64,000 bases of DNA from Prevotella sp. (GCA_031285625.1 JAITVV010000093.1:125232-189231), one strand, 5' to 3'; counted from the first letter of the stretch, positions 9,658 through 19,471 are shown. Translations and numbers: made by a program. The notes: a model not told the origin generated them from the letters alone.

Positions 9658-10281
9658 ATGATGAATGACCAAAAGTTTAAAGCTCATCCATGGCATGGAA
9701 TAAATGCCGGAAACAATGCCCCACAAGTAGTTACATGTTTTATAGAAATTGTACCTACTGATACGGTAAAATACGAAGTGGATAAAGAAACCGGCTATCT
9801 AAGCATCGATAGGCCTCAAAAATATTCGAATATAATTCCAGCTCTTTACGGGTTCATCCCTCAAACATATAGTGATAAGCTTGTAGCTGAACTTACGAAC
9901 AGAGAATTAGGAAGAACAGATATAGAGGGGGACAATGACCCCGTTGACATATGTGTACTTACCGAAAAAGACATTACACATGGTGACATCATCGTTAAAG
10001 CACGGCCTATTGGCGGATTTCGTCTTTTAGACCATAATAAAGCTGATGATAAACTCATCGCTGTATTAGAAAATGATGCCATCTACGGCTCATACAAAGA
10101 TATTACAGATGTACCATCAATGGTTATTGACAGATTGAAACACTATTTTACAACATACAAGGATTTGCCGAATGATAAATCTCCCCGTTGTATACTTACA
10201 GGTATATACGATGTGAAGATGGCGCATGAGGTAATACGCCGTTCGATACAAGACTACGACAATAATTATAGAAATGGCTAA
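9658..10281 (+). CDS. ppa: Family I inorganic pyrophosphatase
   Basis: HPWH, KYEVDK, YGFIPQT, GDNDPVDI, D..KADDKLIAV; TAAATTTG at 9615-9622. Confidence 0.93.
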   Translation: MMNDQKFKAHPWHGINAGNNAPQVVTCFIEIVPTDTVKYEVDKETGYLSIDRPQKYSNIIPALYGFIPQTYSDKLVAELTNRELGRTDIEGDNDPVDICVLTEKDITHGDIIVKARPIGGFRLLDHNKADDKLIAVLENDAIYGSYKDITDVPSMVIDRLKHYFTTYKDLPNDKSPRCILTGIYDVKMAHEVIRRSIQDYDNNYRNG

Positions 10282-11128
10282 AAAGAGGAAGTATCTGTCG
10301 GGCATTGCACTTGCAACTATTTTAACTGCTTGTGCCTGCCTATTGTACGGATATACCGAAGCCAGAAATATACAATTAAAAGAACTGACATTTTCGAGTA
10401 AAGATATACCGGATGCGTTTATTGGAAAGAAAATTATTTTTATTTCTGATATACATACGGACAAGTATTTTGCAGGAGAAGATGTTGCCCAGCTTGTTGA
10501 TAGAATCAACGAACGAAATCCTGATATTATAATACTAGGAGGCGATAATACACGGAAGGATGCTGAATATTCAAAACCCTTTTTCGAAGAAATAAGTAAA
10601 CTGAAAAGTACGTATGGTGTATATTCTGTTTTGGGTAACCATGATTATTGGGAAGATCCAAAACTTATACAACAAGGTTTGATCAACTGCGGTTTCAATG
10701 TATGTGATAATCAGTCATACTGGATAAAACAAGGTAATGATAGTATAAAAATTGGTGGCGTAGGTGAATTCTGGGAAGATACACAAATATTGGAAAATAC
10801 AACAAAAGATGTGAAACCAGACAATTTTTGTATACTATTGTCCCATAATCCTGATTATATGGAAATGATGGATTCAGACAATATTGATCTGATGTTATCG
10901 GGACATACACATGCCGGACAAATAACCCTATTTGGTCTATGGGCTCCTGTCATGCCCAGTACAGGACACCCCGAATATCTGCAAACAGGTCAAAAATACA
11001 GATATGGATGGAAAGAGAAAGGAAATACCAAACTCTATGTCACATCTGGTATTGGTATGGGTGGAGTACCCTTTCGCTTTTTTGCCAAACCGGAGATTGT
11101 CGAGATCACGTTAGTGAATAATCAGTGA
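10274..11128 (+). CDS. YkuE-like calcineurin-type metallophosphoesterase
   Basis: N-terminal anchor; DIH, GGD, GNHD, HNPD, GHTHAGQ; overlaps ppa stop. Confidence 0.9.
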   Translation: MAKKRKYLSGIALATILTACACLLYGYTEARNIQLKELTFSSKDIPDAFIGKKIIFISDIHTDKYFAGEDVAQLVDRINERNPDIIILGGDNTRKDAEYSKPFFEEISKLKSTYGVYSVLGNHDYWEDPKLIQQGLINCGFNVCDNQSYWIKQGNDSIKIGGVGEFWEDTQILENTTKDVKPDNFCILLSHNPDYMEMMDSDNIDLMLSGHTHAGQITLFGLWAPVMPSTGHPEYLQTGQKYRYGWKEKGNTKLYVTSGIGMGGVPFRFFAKPEIVEITLVNNQ

Positions 11129-11176
11129 ATTTAACTAAAAAGATACTAAAGAATGTTACCTACCAATTATTGAAAG

Positions 11177-11208
11177 TGAACGAATGTTCATTCCTGTTGT
11201 TATCTTTG
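11177..11208 (+). promoter_or_regulatory. Palindromic operator candidate plus -7 box
   Basis: TGAAC-GAAT-GTTCA (11177-11190) just upstream of TATCTTTG (11201-11208). Confidence 0.45.
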
Positions 11209-11225
11209 AACAATGCCAATAAAGA

Positions 11226-12371
11226 ATGAACAATCGCATCACATATATCCTGTTATTTCTTGCGCTAGGAAGCAATATTATTTGCTATAGCCAGACAGAC
11301 TCCACGAAGACTGGAGAGAAGAAGAACCTGATAAAGAAGGTATACGAATACTTTGAGAAATCAAATGAAGTGAATAACGATAAACGCTTTGATATCTCAT
11401 TTATCGGAGGGCCACATTATTCCAGCGATACTAAGTTGGGTTTAGGATTGGTGGCTTCAGGGCTATACAGAATAGATAGTACCGATTTGAGCATTTCTCC
11501 CTCTAATGTTTCTATTTACGGAGACTTTACCACATCCGGATTTTACATGCTGGGCATAGGGGGTAATACGATATTTCCTAAAGATAATTACAGATTAGAT
11601 ATGGATATGTTCTTTTCGTCAATGCCTAGCAAGTATTGGGGAATAGGATACGATAACGGGAGGAATGAGGATAACTATTCTAAATATACCAAAAAGGAGA
11701 TACAAATAAAAGTCGACTTCCTAAAGAAACTGGCTGACCACACTTACATCGGTATCACAGGTATGGGACAGCATGTAAGAGGTGATAAATTCAGGGATAT
11801 AACTTTTCTTGACGGAGCTCGAAGGAATAATACTGCTATAGGAGGAGGTATTATTATTTCATATGACTCAAGAGACTTTATTCCAAACCCATATCACGGC
11901 CTTTATTTAAAATTAGAACAAAACTTTTATCCTGAATTTTTAGGCAGTTCCAGCAATTTCAACAGAACAGAAGTTGTTGCCAGATATTATACTCCGGTAT
12001 GGAAAGGCGGCATACTTGCTTTTGATTTTCAGGGAACTTTTAATAACGGAAATGTACCATGGAGTATGGTAACGTTACTAGGTAGTTCTTATCAAATGAG
12101 AGGTTACTATAAAGGGCAATATAGGGACAAGAAATTGTTGCAAACGCAGGTGGAACTCCGGCAAAAAGTATATAGAAGAAGTGGTATTGCACTATGGGCA
12201 GGAGCTGGAAATATATTCCCCGATTTTGATGAGTTTAAATGGAAACACACTCTACCTACATTTGGAGTAGGATATCGTTGGGAATTTAAGAACAGGGTAA
12301 ATGTACGTCTCGACTATGGTATTGGTAAAGGGCAGACAGCATTCTATTTTAATATAAATGAGGCATTCTGA
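11226..12371 (+). CDS. Omp85 (BamA/TamA) family beta-barrel without POTRA domains
   Basis: Signal peptide; YDSRD..P..G, MRGY (VRGF-like loop), GVGYRW, C-terminal FNINEAF. Confidence 0.85.
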   Translation: MNNRITYILLFLALGSNIICYSQTDSTKTGEKKNLIKKVYEYFEKSNEVNNDKRFDISFIGGPHYSSDTKLGLGLVASGLYRIDSTDLSISPSNVSIYGDFTTSGFYMLGIGGNTIFPKDNYRLDMDMFFSSMPSKYWGIGYDNGRNEDNYSKYTKKEIQIKVDFLKKLADHTYIGITGMGQHVRGDKFRDITFLDGARRNNTAIGGGIIISYDSRDFIPNPYHGLYLKLEQNFYPEFLGSSSNFNRTEVVARYYTPVWKGGILAFDFQGTFNNGNVPWSMVTLLGSSYQMRGYYKGQYRDKKLLQTQVELRQKVYRRSGIALWAGAGNIFPDFDEFKWKHTLPTFGVGYRWEFKNRVNVRLDYGIGKGQTAFYFNINEAF

Positions 12372-14088
12372 GATGATGATAGATACACTGAAAAAATATA
12401 TAAATACTTTCCTGGATTCCCCGTCAAAGCTAATCTGGTTCTATATTATATTAAATATGATCCCCAGTATTTTTTTAATATTCACAGAGCCAATAAATAT
12501 ATATGGAAAAATCATTCTTATTACTTTTCCATTAGGATTGTATATTATACTCTTCTCTTTGATGAGGAATACGGGACTCATACAACTTATATTATTTCCT
12601 CTTCTTATAATACATGCTTTCCAGCTGGTAGTATTCTATCTCTTTGGTGAAGATGTCATTGCTGTCGACATGTTTCTCAATGTGGTGACAACAAATCCGT
12701 CGGAAGCAGGCGAGTTGCTTAATAGTCTGTGGCCATCCATCATATTTGTTTGTATATTATATATACCAACCACTGTTATTGCTATTTACCAGATGAAGTA
12801 TAAAACCTATCTTGAAAATACTTTAAGGAAGAAGCTTGTTGTAATGGGAGGAATATTAATAATTGCTTCTTACATATTATCATTATTATCTAAAGATAAT
12901 AATACAGACAGATATACCTTCCATGAAAATGTGTATCCCGTAAATGTTTTTTACAATCTGAATTTTGCAATTAACAAATGGCATAAAAGCAGGCTTTACC
13001 CAGTAACATCAAAGGACTTTACTTTCGAGGCCAGAAAGGATACTATCGCTAAGCAGAGAGAAATATACACATTGGTTATAGGGGAAACCAGCCGGGCCGA
13101 AAATTGGAGCCTGTATGGGTATGAACGGGAAACAACTCCTCTACTGAAGCAAAAAGAAGGGTTGGTATTCTTTAATGATGCCATAACCCAGTCTAATACT
13201 ACACATAAGAGCGTGTCAATAATGATGTCAGCAGCATCAGCAGAGAATTACAATATAATATATGAACAAAAGAGTATTATTGAAGCATTTAAAGAGGTAG
13301 GCTTCACTACTATATTTTTATCAAATCAAGGTGCGAACAACACTTTTACTCAATACTTTGCAGAAGATGCTGATTATTATCGGAATATCCGTTCACCTAA
13401 AGATGATGGAAAAATTATAGATAATTATGATGATGCCCTGCTCCCACTTCTTGATCACTGCATAGATTCCATATCGGGGAATCTATTTATTATATTACAT
13501 ACATATGGCTCTCACTTCAACTATGAAGAACGTTACCCAAAAGGTTTCTCGAAATTTAAGCCTGATAATGTAAAAGAAATAACAAGGAAGGAGAAAGAGA
13601 AGCTTGTAAATGCATATGACAATACAATCTTATATACTGATGATTTTCTTTCCCGTATTACAGACATCCTAAATAATTCTGGTTCATGTTCTTCTATGCT
13701 TTTTGCATCAGATCACGGAGAAGATATACTGGATGATGATAGAATGAGATTTTTACATGCATCACCAAATCCTACTTTCTATCAGTTAAGGATTCCTATG
13801 CTTGTCTGGTTCTCTTCAAATTATCAAATGAATTTCCAACAAAAATATGAAGCTGCTAAAGCCAATAAATTGAAACCGGTTTCTACGAATGCTATATTCC
13901 ACACATTATTGGATATTGCTTCAGTTAAAACAAATTATTTACAATCGGACTTATCTTTAGTAAACCCTTCTTTTAAAATAGCGAAAAGGATGTACTTGGG
14001 AGATCATGATAATCCCGTGTTCTTTTATAATGCTAACTTGAAGGAAGAAGATAAGATTATGATTGAGAAACGAAAGATATACCACTAA
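12358..14088 (+). CDS. eptA: EptA/Mcr-family phosphoethanolamine transferase (start may be 12373)
   Basis: ~5 TM N-terminus; VIGETSR, SLYGY.R.T.P, catalytic Thr in SNTTHKS, HTYGSH, YDNTILYTD, SDHGE. Confidence 0.85.
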   Translation: MRHSEMMIDTLKKYINTFLDSPSKLIWFYIILNMIPSIFLIFTEPINIYGKIILITFPLGLYIILFSLMRNTGLIQLILFPLLIIHAFQLVVFYLFGEDVIAVDMFLNVVTTNPSEAGELLNSLWPSIIFVCILYIPTTVIAIYQMKYKTYLENTLRKKLVVMGGILIIASYILSLLSKDNNTDRYTFHENVYPVNVFYNLNFAINKWHKSRLYPVTSKDFTFEARKDTIAKQREIYTLVIGETSRAENWSLYGYERETTPLLKQKEGLVFFNDAITQSNTTHKSVSIMMSAASAENYNIIYEQKSIIEAFKEVGFTTIFLSNQGANNTFTQYFAEDADYYRNIRSPKDDGKIIDNYDDALLPLLDHCIDSISGNLFIILHTYGSHFNYEERYPKGFSKFKPDNVKEITRKEKEKLVNAYDNTILYTDDFLSRITDILNNSGSCSSMLFASDHGEDILDDDRMRFLHASPNPTFYQLRIPMLVWFSSNYQMNFQQKYEAAKANKLKPVSTNAIFHTLLDIASVKTNYLQSDLSLVNPSFKIAKRMYLGDHDNPVFFYNANLKEEDKIMIEKRKIYH

Positions 14089-14099
14089 ATATAAATATT

Positions 14100-15065
14100 A
14101 TGATAAAGTTTGAGAAAAAACAGATATTATTGATGTTTATGTTTCTATCATCATTGTACTCATATTCGCAAAAAGAAACAGTAGCTCCTATCCAGTTCGG
14201 AGATATGAACCAATGGATGGTTCGCAAAATATCAGAATCGAGAGTGATCGGAGGTAACACGAAATATCTATATGAAATAGCATCCGGAGATACACTGATT
14301 GACAAACCGTACAAGAATACAAAATCCCCATGGGCCGTATCTTCTGTGCTGGCAAAAGTTAAAGGAGTAACAAAAACCAGTGTTACGGTTTTTCCTGAAA
14401 AGAGGGACAACGGCTATTGTGCTCGTTTAGAAACACGTATAGAAGAGTGTAAAGTATTAGGTCTTTTTAGTATTAAGGTATTAGCAAGTGGTACCATCTT
14501 TCTTGGTGAAATGGTTGAGCCTATCACAGGGACAAGCGACCCTCAGAGCAAACTGGTTACGGGTATTCCATTTACTCAACGACCCAATGCATTGGAATAT
14601 GACTATAAGGTCGTAACCGGAGGACTATGCATAAAGGCTACAGGATTCAGTAAGCAATCGCAACTACAGGAAAAAGATATGGCTGAAACTCAATTGTTAT
14701 TACAACATAGATGGGAAGATGCCGACGGGAATGTATTTGCAACACGGGTTGCCACAGCATGGGAACGTTTTGATAAAACAGTCGAAGCCTGGCAAAACAA
14801 ACATCGTTTATCAATACATTACGGTGATATATCTAAGCAGGCTTACTACCGTTCGTATATGGACCTCAAAAGCGGGGACAATGCGTATTATACCCGAAAT
14901 AGTAAAGGTAAAATGGTACCAATACAAGAAATAGGCTGGGCTAATGAAAACGAAGATATTACACACATAGTCCTACAATTTTCATCCAGTAATGGGGGCG
15001 CTTACATAGGAAATACCGACAGCCGCCTTTGGGTAGATAATGTGAAATTGGTATATAACCATTGA
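14100..15065 (+). CDS. Secreted PCMD-domain (putative carbohydrate metabolism) protein
   Basis: Signal peptide; PW..S, CARLET, LASGTIFLG, GIPFT.RP, THIVLQFSSS.G..Y.G...S.LWVD pattern. Confidence 0.75.
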   Translation: MIKFEKKQILLMFMFLSSLYSYSQKETVAPIQFGDMNQWMVRKISESRVIGGNTKYLYEIASGDTLIDKPYKNTKSPWAVSSVLAKVKGVTKTSVTVFPEKRDNGYCARLETRIEECKVLGLFSIKVLASGTIFLGEMVEPITGTSDPQSKLVTGIPFTQRPNALEYDYKVVTGGLCIKATGFSKQSQLQEKDMAETQLLLQHRWEDADGNVFATRVATAWERFDKTVEAWQNKHRLSIHYGDISKQAYYRSYMDLKSGDNAYYTRNSKGKMVPIQEIGWANENEDITHIVLQFSSSNGGAYIGNTDSRLWVDNVKLVYNH

Positions 15066-15071
15066 CAGATA

Positions 15072-15785
15072 TTACTTTTTACCTTTGAAATTTTCTACCA
15101 CTTTCAATAGTTTATTGAGCGAAGGTATATCATAGCGCAATTGCTGACGGATATTATTGAAATCAAGTTTGTTAACTACCCGTATAGTTGTGTTATATTT
15201 CTTTGTATATGATTTGCCAACAAGCCTGTATATATTATCTAAATCCTTTGCCGGGTGAGTCCTCGACTCAGAATCTGTTATGTAAGGATCAAAGCCTAGT
15301 CTTTCTTTTATGAATCGCCCGGTAAGCCGTTTATCTATTTTCTTGAAGTGATTGGTCTCTGCCATAAACCAGGCCTCTATTTCGTGAACAGCTATCACGA
15401 TATCAAAATAAGGGGCATCATTTTTCAGGTGATGAGGCAAATAACGCAATCCTTTTTCCAGCCTTTCCAGGTCATCTATCGGGATTGGATACAGATCTCG
15501 TAAACCTACAATCATTTCATATCCCTTACTTCTCAGGCTGGATATATTCTCCAGAATCTCAGATTTCACCCTATTATCTGAGCCACAATCGAATATTAAA
15601 ATCTCATACAGAGGATTGCGCGAAAAAGAAGAGTTACGAACAATCTCCTGCTTCGGAATATTTGTCCCTCCCCTAAACTGTTTTTGGATTATATTTACCT
15701 GTGACGAACCGAGGATTTCTTTTATCAAGCGATTTACAAAAATCTGCTCAGTCTGTCCTTCAACAAAAAAAGCTATCCTTTTCAT
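15072..15785 (-). CDS. DUF4276-like TOPRIM-fold putative nuclease
   Basis: FFVEGQTE (TOPRIM Glu), LRDLYP, HEIEAWF, HPAKDL; ATG overlaps the ATPase TGA (TGATG). Confidence 0.75.
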   Translation of the reverse strand: MKRIAFFVEGQTEQIFVNRLIKEILGSSQVNIIQKQFRGGTNIPKQEIVRNSSFSRNPLYEILIFDCGSDNRVKSEILENISSLRSKGYEMIVGLRDLYPIPIDDLERLEKGLRYLPHHLKNDAPYFDIVIAVHEIEAWFMAETNHFKKIDKRLTGRFIKERLGFDPYITDSESRTHPAKDLDNIYRLVGKSYTKKYNTTIRVVNKLDFNNIRQQLRYDIPSLNKLLKVVENFKGKK

Positions 15786-16918
15786 CAATAGTTATCTTCA
15801 TCCATTATGCCAAACCCTTTACGGTAAAAGTCTGTGGTCAGGAAATCAAAGTTGTTAAGTCCCGTATATTTAAAGTCTTCGAATGTGTCTTTCGAGTTAG
15901 AATAATCATAGAATATCGATTTATTATATTTACGGTCAATAACAGACCAGTAACGAAGAGGTATCTGATTCATGATATGCCTGTCATTGGTAGTCATAAA
16001 GAATTGCATATTCGAATTGCTTACTTTTTTGATAACGATATCCATCATTTTCTTCGAACTATCAAAATCAAGCCCTTCTCCCATATCATCAATAAGTAAA
16101 CAGAACGACATATTACTCAATCGGGCGTAACCTAGCATAATAAAAAGAGATAAGGCTCTGAACATCCCCTGTGACATCTCACGTTGCGACACTGTATATT
16201 CGCCCTCTTCCTCAATGAAAAGGCCATACCAGCCGTCAGTCTCCTGAATATCGATATCTGAAACATAGTAGCCTAAGTCTTGCATTCCGGAAATTATGTC
16301 TGATATAAATTCTTCACCAAATTCTTCTCTACCCTTATGGAAGGTATAAATGAGAACATCCGGATCATCAATATCCTGATCGTCTCCGTCAATCTGAGTA
16401 TAATCTTTAACCAATCGATTCTTTTCCAACTGATTAGCAAAAAGATAATTCTTTAATGATTGCCCCCATAAGATAAAACTGTCAAAATATGGTTTTCCTT
16501 CTGCATTATCCGAAGTGATCACAAGTTCATAATCTTTGGTTTCAAATGATACATTATTATCAGAACTTATAAGTATCTTCTTATTCCGATCCAATAAAAC
16601 CTTACCATTAATAGTTAGTATTTCATCAGTTACAACTCTGTCTTTAAATGACAGAATATACTTATATGAAGACTCTCCTTCCGTGAACAATAATTCAAAG
16701 AACTCACTTGGACTAAACGCCTGTTTCAGATTTATCCTCCCAGATAACAGGTTTGCTATTTCGCGAATAACATTCAACGTCCGACTCTTTCCCGATGCAT
16801 TTTTCCCTATCAATAAATTGATATTATCAAAATAAGCAAAATCATCATCTTTTCCGACAATACTCCATTCGCGGGGCTCACCTGCATAACGTGTATATTT
16901 TAAAGCTCTAATTATCAT
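15785..16918 (-). CDS. ABC/AAA_21-type ATPase (no TM segments)
   Basis: Walker A GKNASGKS, signature MSQGM, Walker B LLIDDMGEGLD, TTND; TATATTTG -7 box at 16970-16977. Confidence 0.88.
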   Translation of the reverse strand: MIIRALKYTRYAGEPREWSIVGKDDDFAYFDNINLLIGKNASGKSRTLNVIREIANLLSGRINLKQAFSPSEFFELLFTEGESSYKYILSFKDRVVTDEILTINGKVLLDRNKKILISSDNNVSFETKDYELVITSDNAEGKPYFDSFILWGQSLKNYLFANQLEKNRLVKDYTQIDGDDQDIDDPDVLIYTFHKGREEFGEEFISDIISGMQDLGYYVSDIDIQETDGWYGLFIEEEGEYTVSQREMSQGMFRALSLFIMLGYARLSNMSFCLLIDDMGEGLDFDSSKKMMDIVIKKVSNSNMQFFMTTNDRHIMNQIPLRYWSVIDRKYNKSIFYDYSNSKDTFEDFKYTGLNNFDFLTTDFYRKGFGIMDEDNY

Positions 16919-17146
16919 CTATCTAAGTATTATAATAGAGAATACATTAATTCAGATCTGTTTTCTCTTCAAATATACACTTTTTATCAGAAAGTCGCAT
17001 GTTCTAATTTACTTAAGTTTGGTCAATCCTTTTAACAACTTTCTTCGTTCGTTCTATCAAAAAAGTAACAAAATAGACAAATAATACACTTTCTACAAAT
17101 CTCAATAATATATTGATAATAAGAAAATTAAAATTTACATATCACA

Positions 17147-17196
17147 AAAAGGTGACAAAAGTAACAACTTTTAGCCTGTTTTAGATTGTTACTTTA
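17147..17196. repeat. GTRACA iteron-like element (copy 2)
   Basis: GTGACA(17152)AAA-GTAACA(17161)-N20-TGTTAC(17187); extra AAAAGTAACAAAA at 17061. Confidence 0.55.
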
Positions 17197-17262
17197 TCCA
17201 CTATCTCATTGTGTAAAAGATCGTACAATAAGATAAACTTTATACATAAAGTTATAGATAGT

Positions 17263-17341
17263 TGTCATGCTGACGAAGGAAGCATCTCGACTCGTTTATC
17301 AAGAAAAAAAGCGAAGAGATCCGTCGTTCCTCAGGATGACA
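17263..17341. repeat. REP-like palindromic element (TGTCAT...ATGACA family)
   Basis: TGTCATGCTGACGAAGGAAGCATCTC...GAGATCCGTCGTTCCTCAGGATGACA; partial inverted copy at 62703. Confidence 0.8.
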
Positions 17342-17411
17342 AAATAAAATAATATGAATTCCAGAATCCTTTCCAACTTGAATATAGAGAAGAATTTATT
17401 TTCGTACAAAG

Positions 17412-17427
17412 TGTCCGATATCGGACA
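17412..17427. promoter_or_regulatory. Enhancer-type site for NtrC-family activator
   Basis: Perfect 16-bp palindrome TGTCCGATATCGGACA (TGT-N10-ACA); related TGTAAAAGATCGTACA at 17212-17227. Confidence 0.65.
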
Positions 17428-17472
17428 TTAGATAAGATACATAAATAATTCATAATATGACATTTATATATA

Positions 17473-17488
17473 TGGCATACGACTTGGT
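17473..17488 (+). promoter_or_regulatory. sigma54 (-24/-12)-type promoter
   Basis: TGGCATACGACTTGGT (TGGCA-N6-TTG) ~30 nt before the MFP start; operon ends in a sigma54-type activator. Confidence 0.6.
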
Positions 17489-17519
17489 ATATATCATGTA
17501 AACTATTAAATAATTAAAT

Positions 17520-18770
17520 ATGGATAGGGAAATACCTTTGAGTATACAACAAAAACAAAAACAAAAACGAAAACAAATAATTAAATACGGATCTATTCTG
17601 CTTGTAATAGTAATAGCTATTGTATTTATTCTTAATTTTCTACAAAGTTCCATATCTCAAAAAAATATACTATTGGGAACAGCTGACAGAGGTACAATTG
17701 AGATAACTGTAAATGCCTCAGGCAAGATTATTCCTCTAACTGAAGAAATTATTGTTTCTCCTATCAATAGCCGTATTCTGGAGGTTTACAAAGAAGCCGG
17801 AGACTCAGTCGGTGCCGAGGAACCTATACTAAAACTGGAACTAGCCTCAATAGAAACTGACTATAAACAAAAACTGGACGAAAAAGAAATGATGAGAAGC
17901 AAACTCATTCAATCTCAAGTCGGCCTGGATAATTCACTTTCTGACCTACAGATGCAACTAGAGGTAAAAGATATGAAAATGAGGCAACTACAAACAGAAC
18001 TGAAAAATGAGAAATATCTGGATAGTATAGGTGCGAGTACTTCCGATAAAGTTCGGCAAGTTGCCCTAAATTTTGAAGTAGCAAAACTCGAATTACAACA
18101 GTTGAGACAGCAGATAAATAATGAAAAGAAAAATGCGGCAGCAGAAGTTAAAGTAAAAGAACTGGAACTGAGCATTTTCGAAAAATCACTGGCAGAGAGC
18201 GCACGTCTATTAAAAGATGCCCGGATTTTATCTCCACAAAAAGCAACCCTTACTTATGTAAATAATCAGATAGGATCTCAGGTATCGGCAGGTACGCAGA
18301 TTGCCATTGTATCAGATTTAAGCCACTACAAAGTATTGGCAGAAATAGCCGATAGTTATGCCGAAAAATTAAGCTCTGGTGCAAAGGCTATTATCAAAAT
18401 CGGACAGATGCAATTGGATGGCACTGTTGTCAATATCACCCCTTCTGTAAAAAATGGAGTTATAAACTTTACCGTAATGCTCAAAGATGCAGGTAATTCA
18501 AGACTCAGAAGTGGACTGAAAACGGATGTATATGTAACTCATGGTATACAGGATGATGTTGTACGCATACCTAACTCCTCCTACTACATTGGCCCCGGAG
18601 AATACGAATTATGGGTAGTCAAAGATGGTAATGCCGAAAAACGAAAAATAAAATTAGGCGAAAGCAGCTTCGAATATGTAGAAGTTACAAGTGGACTTAA
18701 TGTCGGCGAACAAGTGATTATATCTGATATGAATCAATATAAAAATAAACAAACTCTAAAAATAAATTAG
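17520..18770 (+). CDS. HlyD/MacA-family membrane fusion protein
   Basis: Basic N-terminus + TM, lipoyl halves around a long coiled coil, LRSGL, EVTSGL..GE. Confidence 0.9.
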   Translation: MDREIPLSIQQKQKQKRKQIIKYGSILLVIVIAIVFILNFLQSSISQKNILLGTADRGTIEITVNASGKIIPLTEEIIVSPINSRILEVYKEAGDSVGAEEPILKLELASIETDYKQKLDEKEMMRSKLIQSQVGLDNSLSDLQMQLEVKDMKMRQLQTELKNEKYLDSIGASTSDKVRQVALNFEVAKLELQQLRQQINNEKKNAAAEVKVKELELSIFEKSLAESARLLKDARILSPQKATLTYVNNQIGSQVSAGTQIAIVSDLSHYKVLAEIADSYAEKLSSGAKAIIKIGQMQLDGTVVNITPSVKNGVINFTVMLKDAGNSRLRSGLKTDVYVTHGIQDDVVRIPNSSYYIGPGEYELWVVKDGNAEKRKIKLGESSFEYVEVTSGLNVGEQVIISDMNQYKNKQTLKIN

Positions 18771-18802
18771 TAGTAATAAATCATTAACAAATATTTAGCA
18801 CT

Positions 18803-19471
18803 ATGTCAATCATCAATTTACAAGGTATTACAAAGATATACCGAACAAAGGAAGTTGAAACTGTAGCATTGGAAAATGTAAATCTGGAGGTAGAAAAAGG
18901 CGACTTTCTTTCAGTAATGGGGCCTTCGGGTTGTGGAAAGAGTACGATGCTTAACATCATGGGATTGCTCGACGTAGCCAATGAAGGAAAAATTCTCATC
19001 AATGGTACAGAAACCAATAATATGAAAGATAAGGAAATGGCGGAGTTCCGAAATAAAACTCTAGGATTTGTTTTTCAAAGTTTCCACTTGATAAATTCAT
19101 TAAATGTACTTGACAATGTGGAGCTCCCCCTTCTTTATCGTAAATCGGGCGAAACCAGCCGCCGCGAATTAGCAAAGCAAGTATTGGAAAAAGTGGGTCT
19201 TTCTCATCGTATGAAGCATTTCCCATCACAGCTTTCCGGAGGGCAATGTCAGCGTGTTGCTATCGCCCGTGCCATCATAGGTAATCCTCAGATTATATTA
19301 GCCGATGAGCCTACCGGTAATCTGGATAGTAAAATGGGTACGGAAATTATGGACTTATTATTCGAATTGAACAATGAAGGTACAACAATTGTGATGGTTA
19401 CCCATGATGAACATATAGCCAAGAGTACAAAACGCATCATCCGTTTCTTTGACGGAAGACGTGTAGAGTAA
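18803..19471 (+). CDS. MacB/LolD-type ABC ATP-binding subunit
   Basis: GPSGCGKST, GFVFQSF, LSGGQ, ILADEPTGNLD, VTHD. Confidence 0.95.
   Translation: MSIINLQGITKIYRTKEVETVALENVNLEVEKGDFLSVMGPSGCGKSTMLNIMGLLDVANEGKILINGTETNNMKDKEMAEFRNKTLGFVFQSFHLINSLNVLDNVELPLLYRKSGETSRRELAKQVLEKVGLSHRMKHFPSQLSGGQCQRVAIARAIIGNPQIILADEPTGNLDSKMGTEIMDLLFELNNEGTTIVMVTHDEHIAKSTKRIIRFFDGRRVE

Noticed and set aside
12358-14088. Mobile mcr colistin-resistance gene
   Set aside because: Chromosomal operon context, no flanking IS; only family-level motifs are shared.
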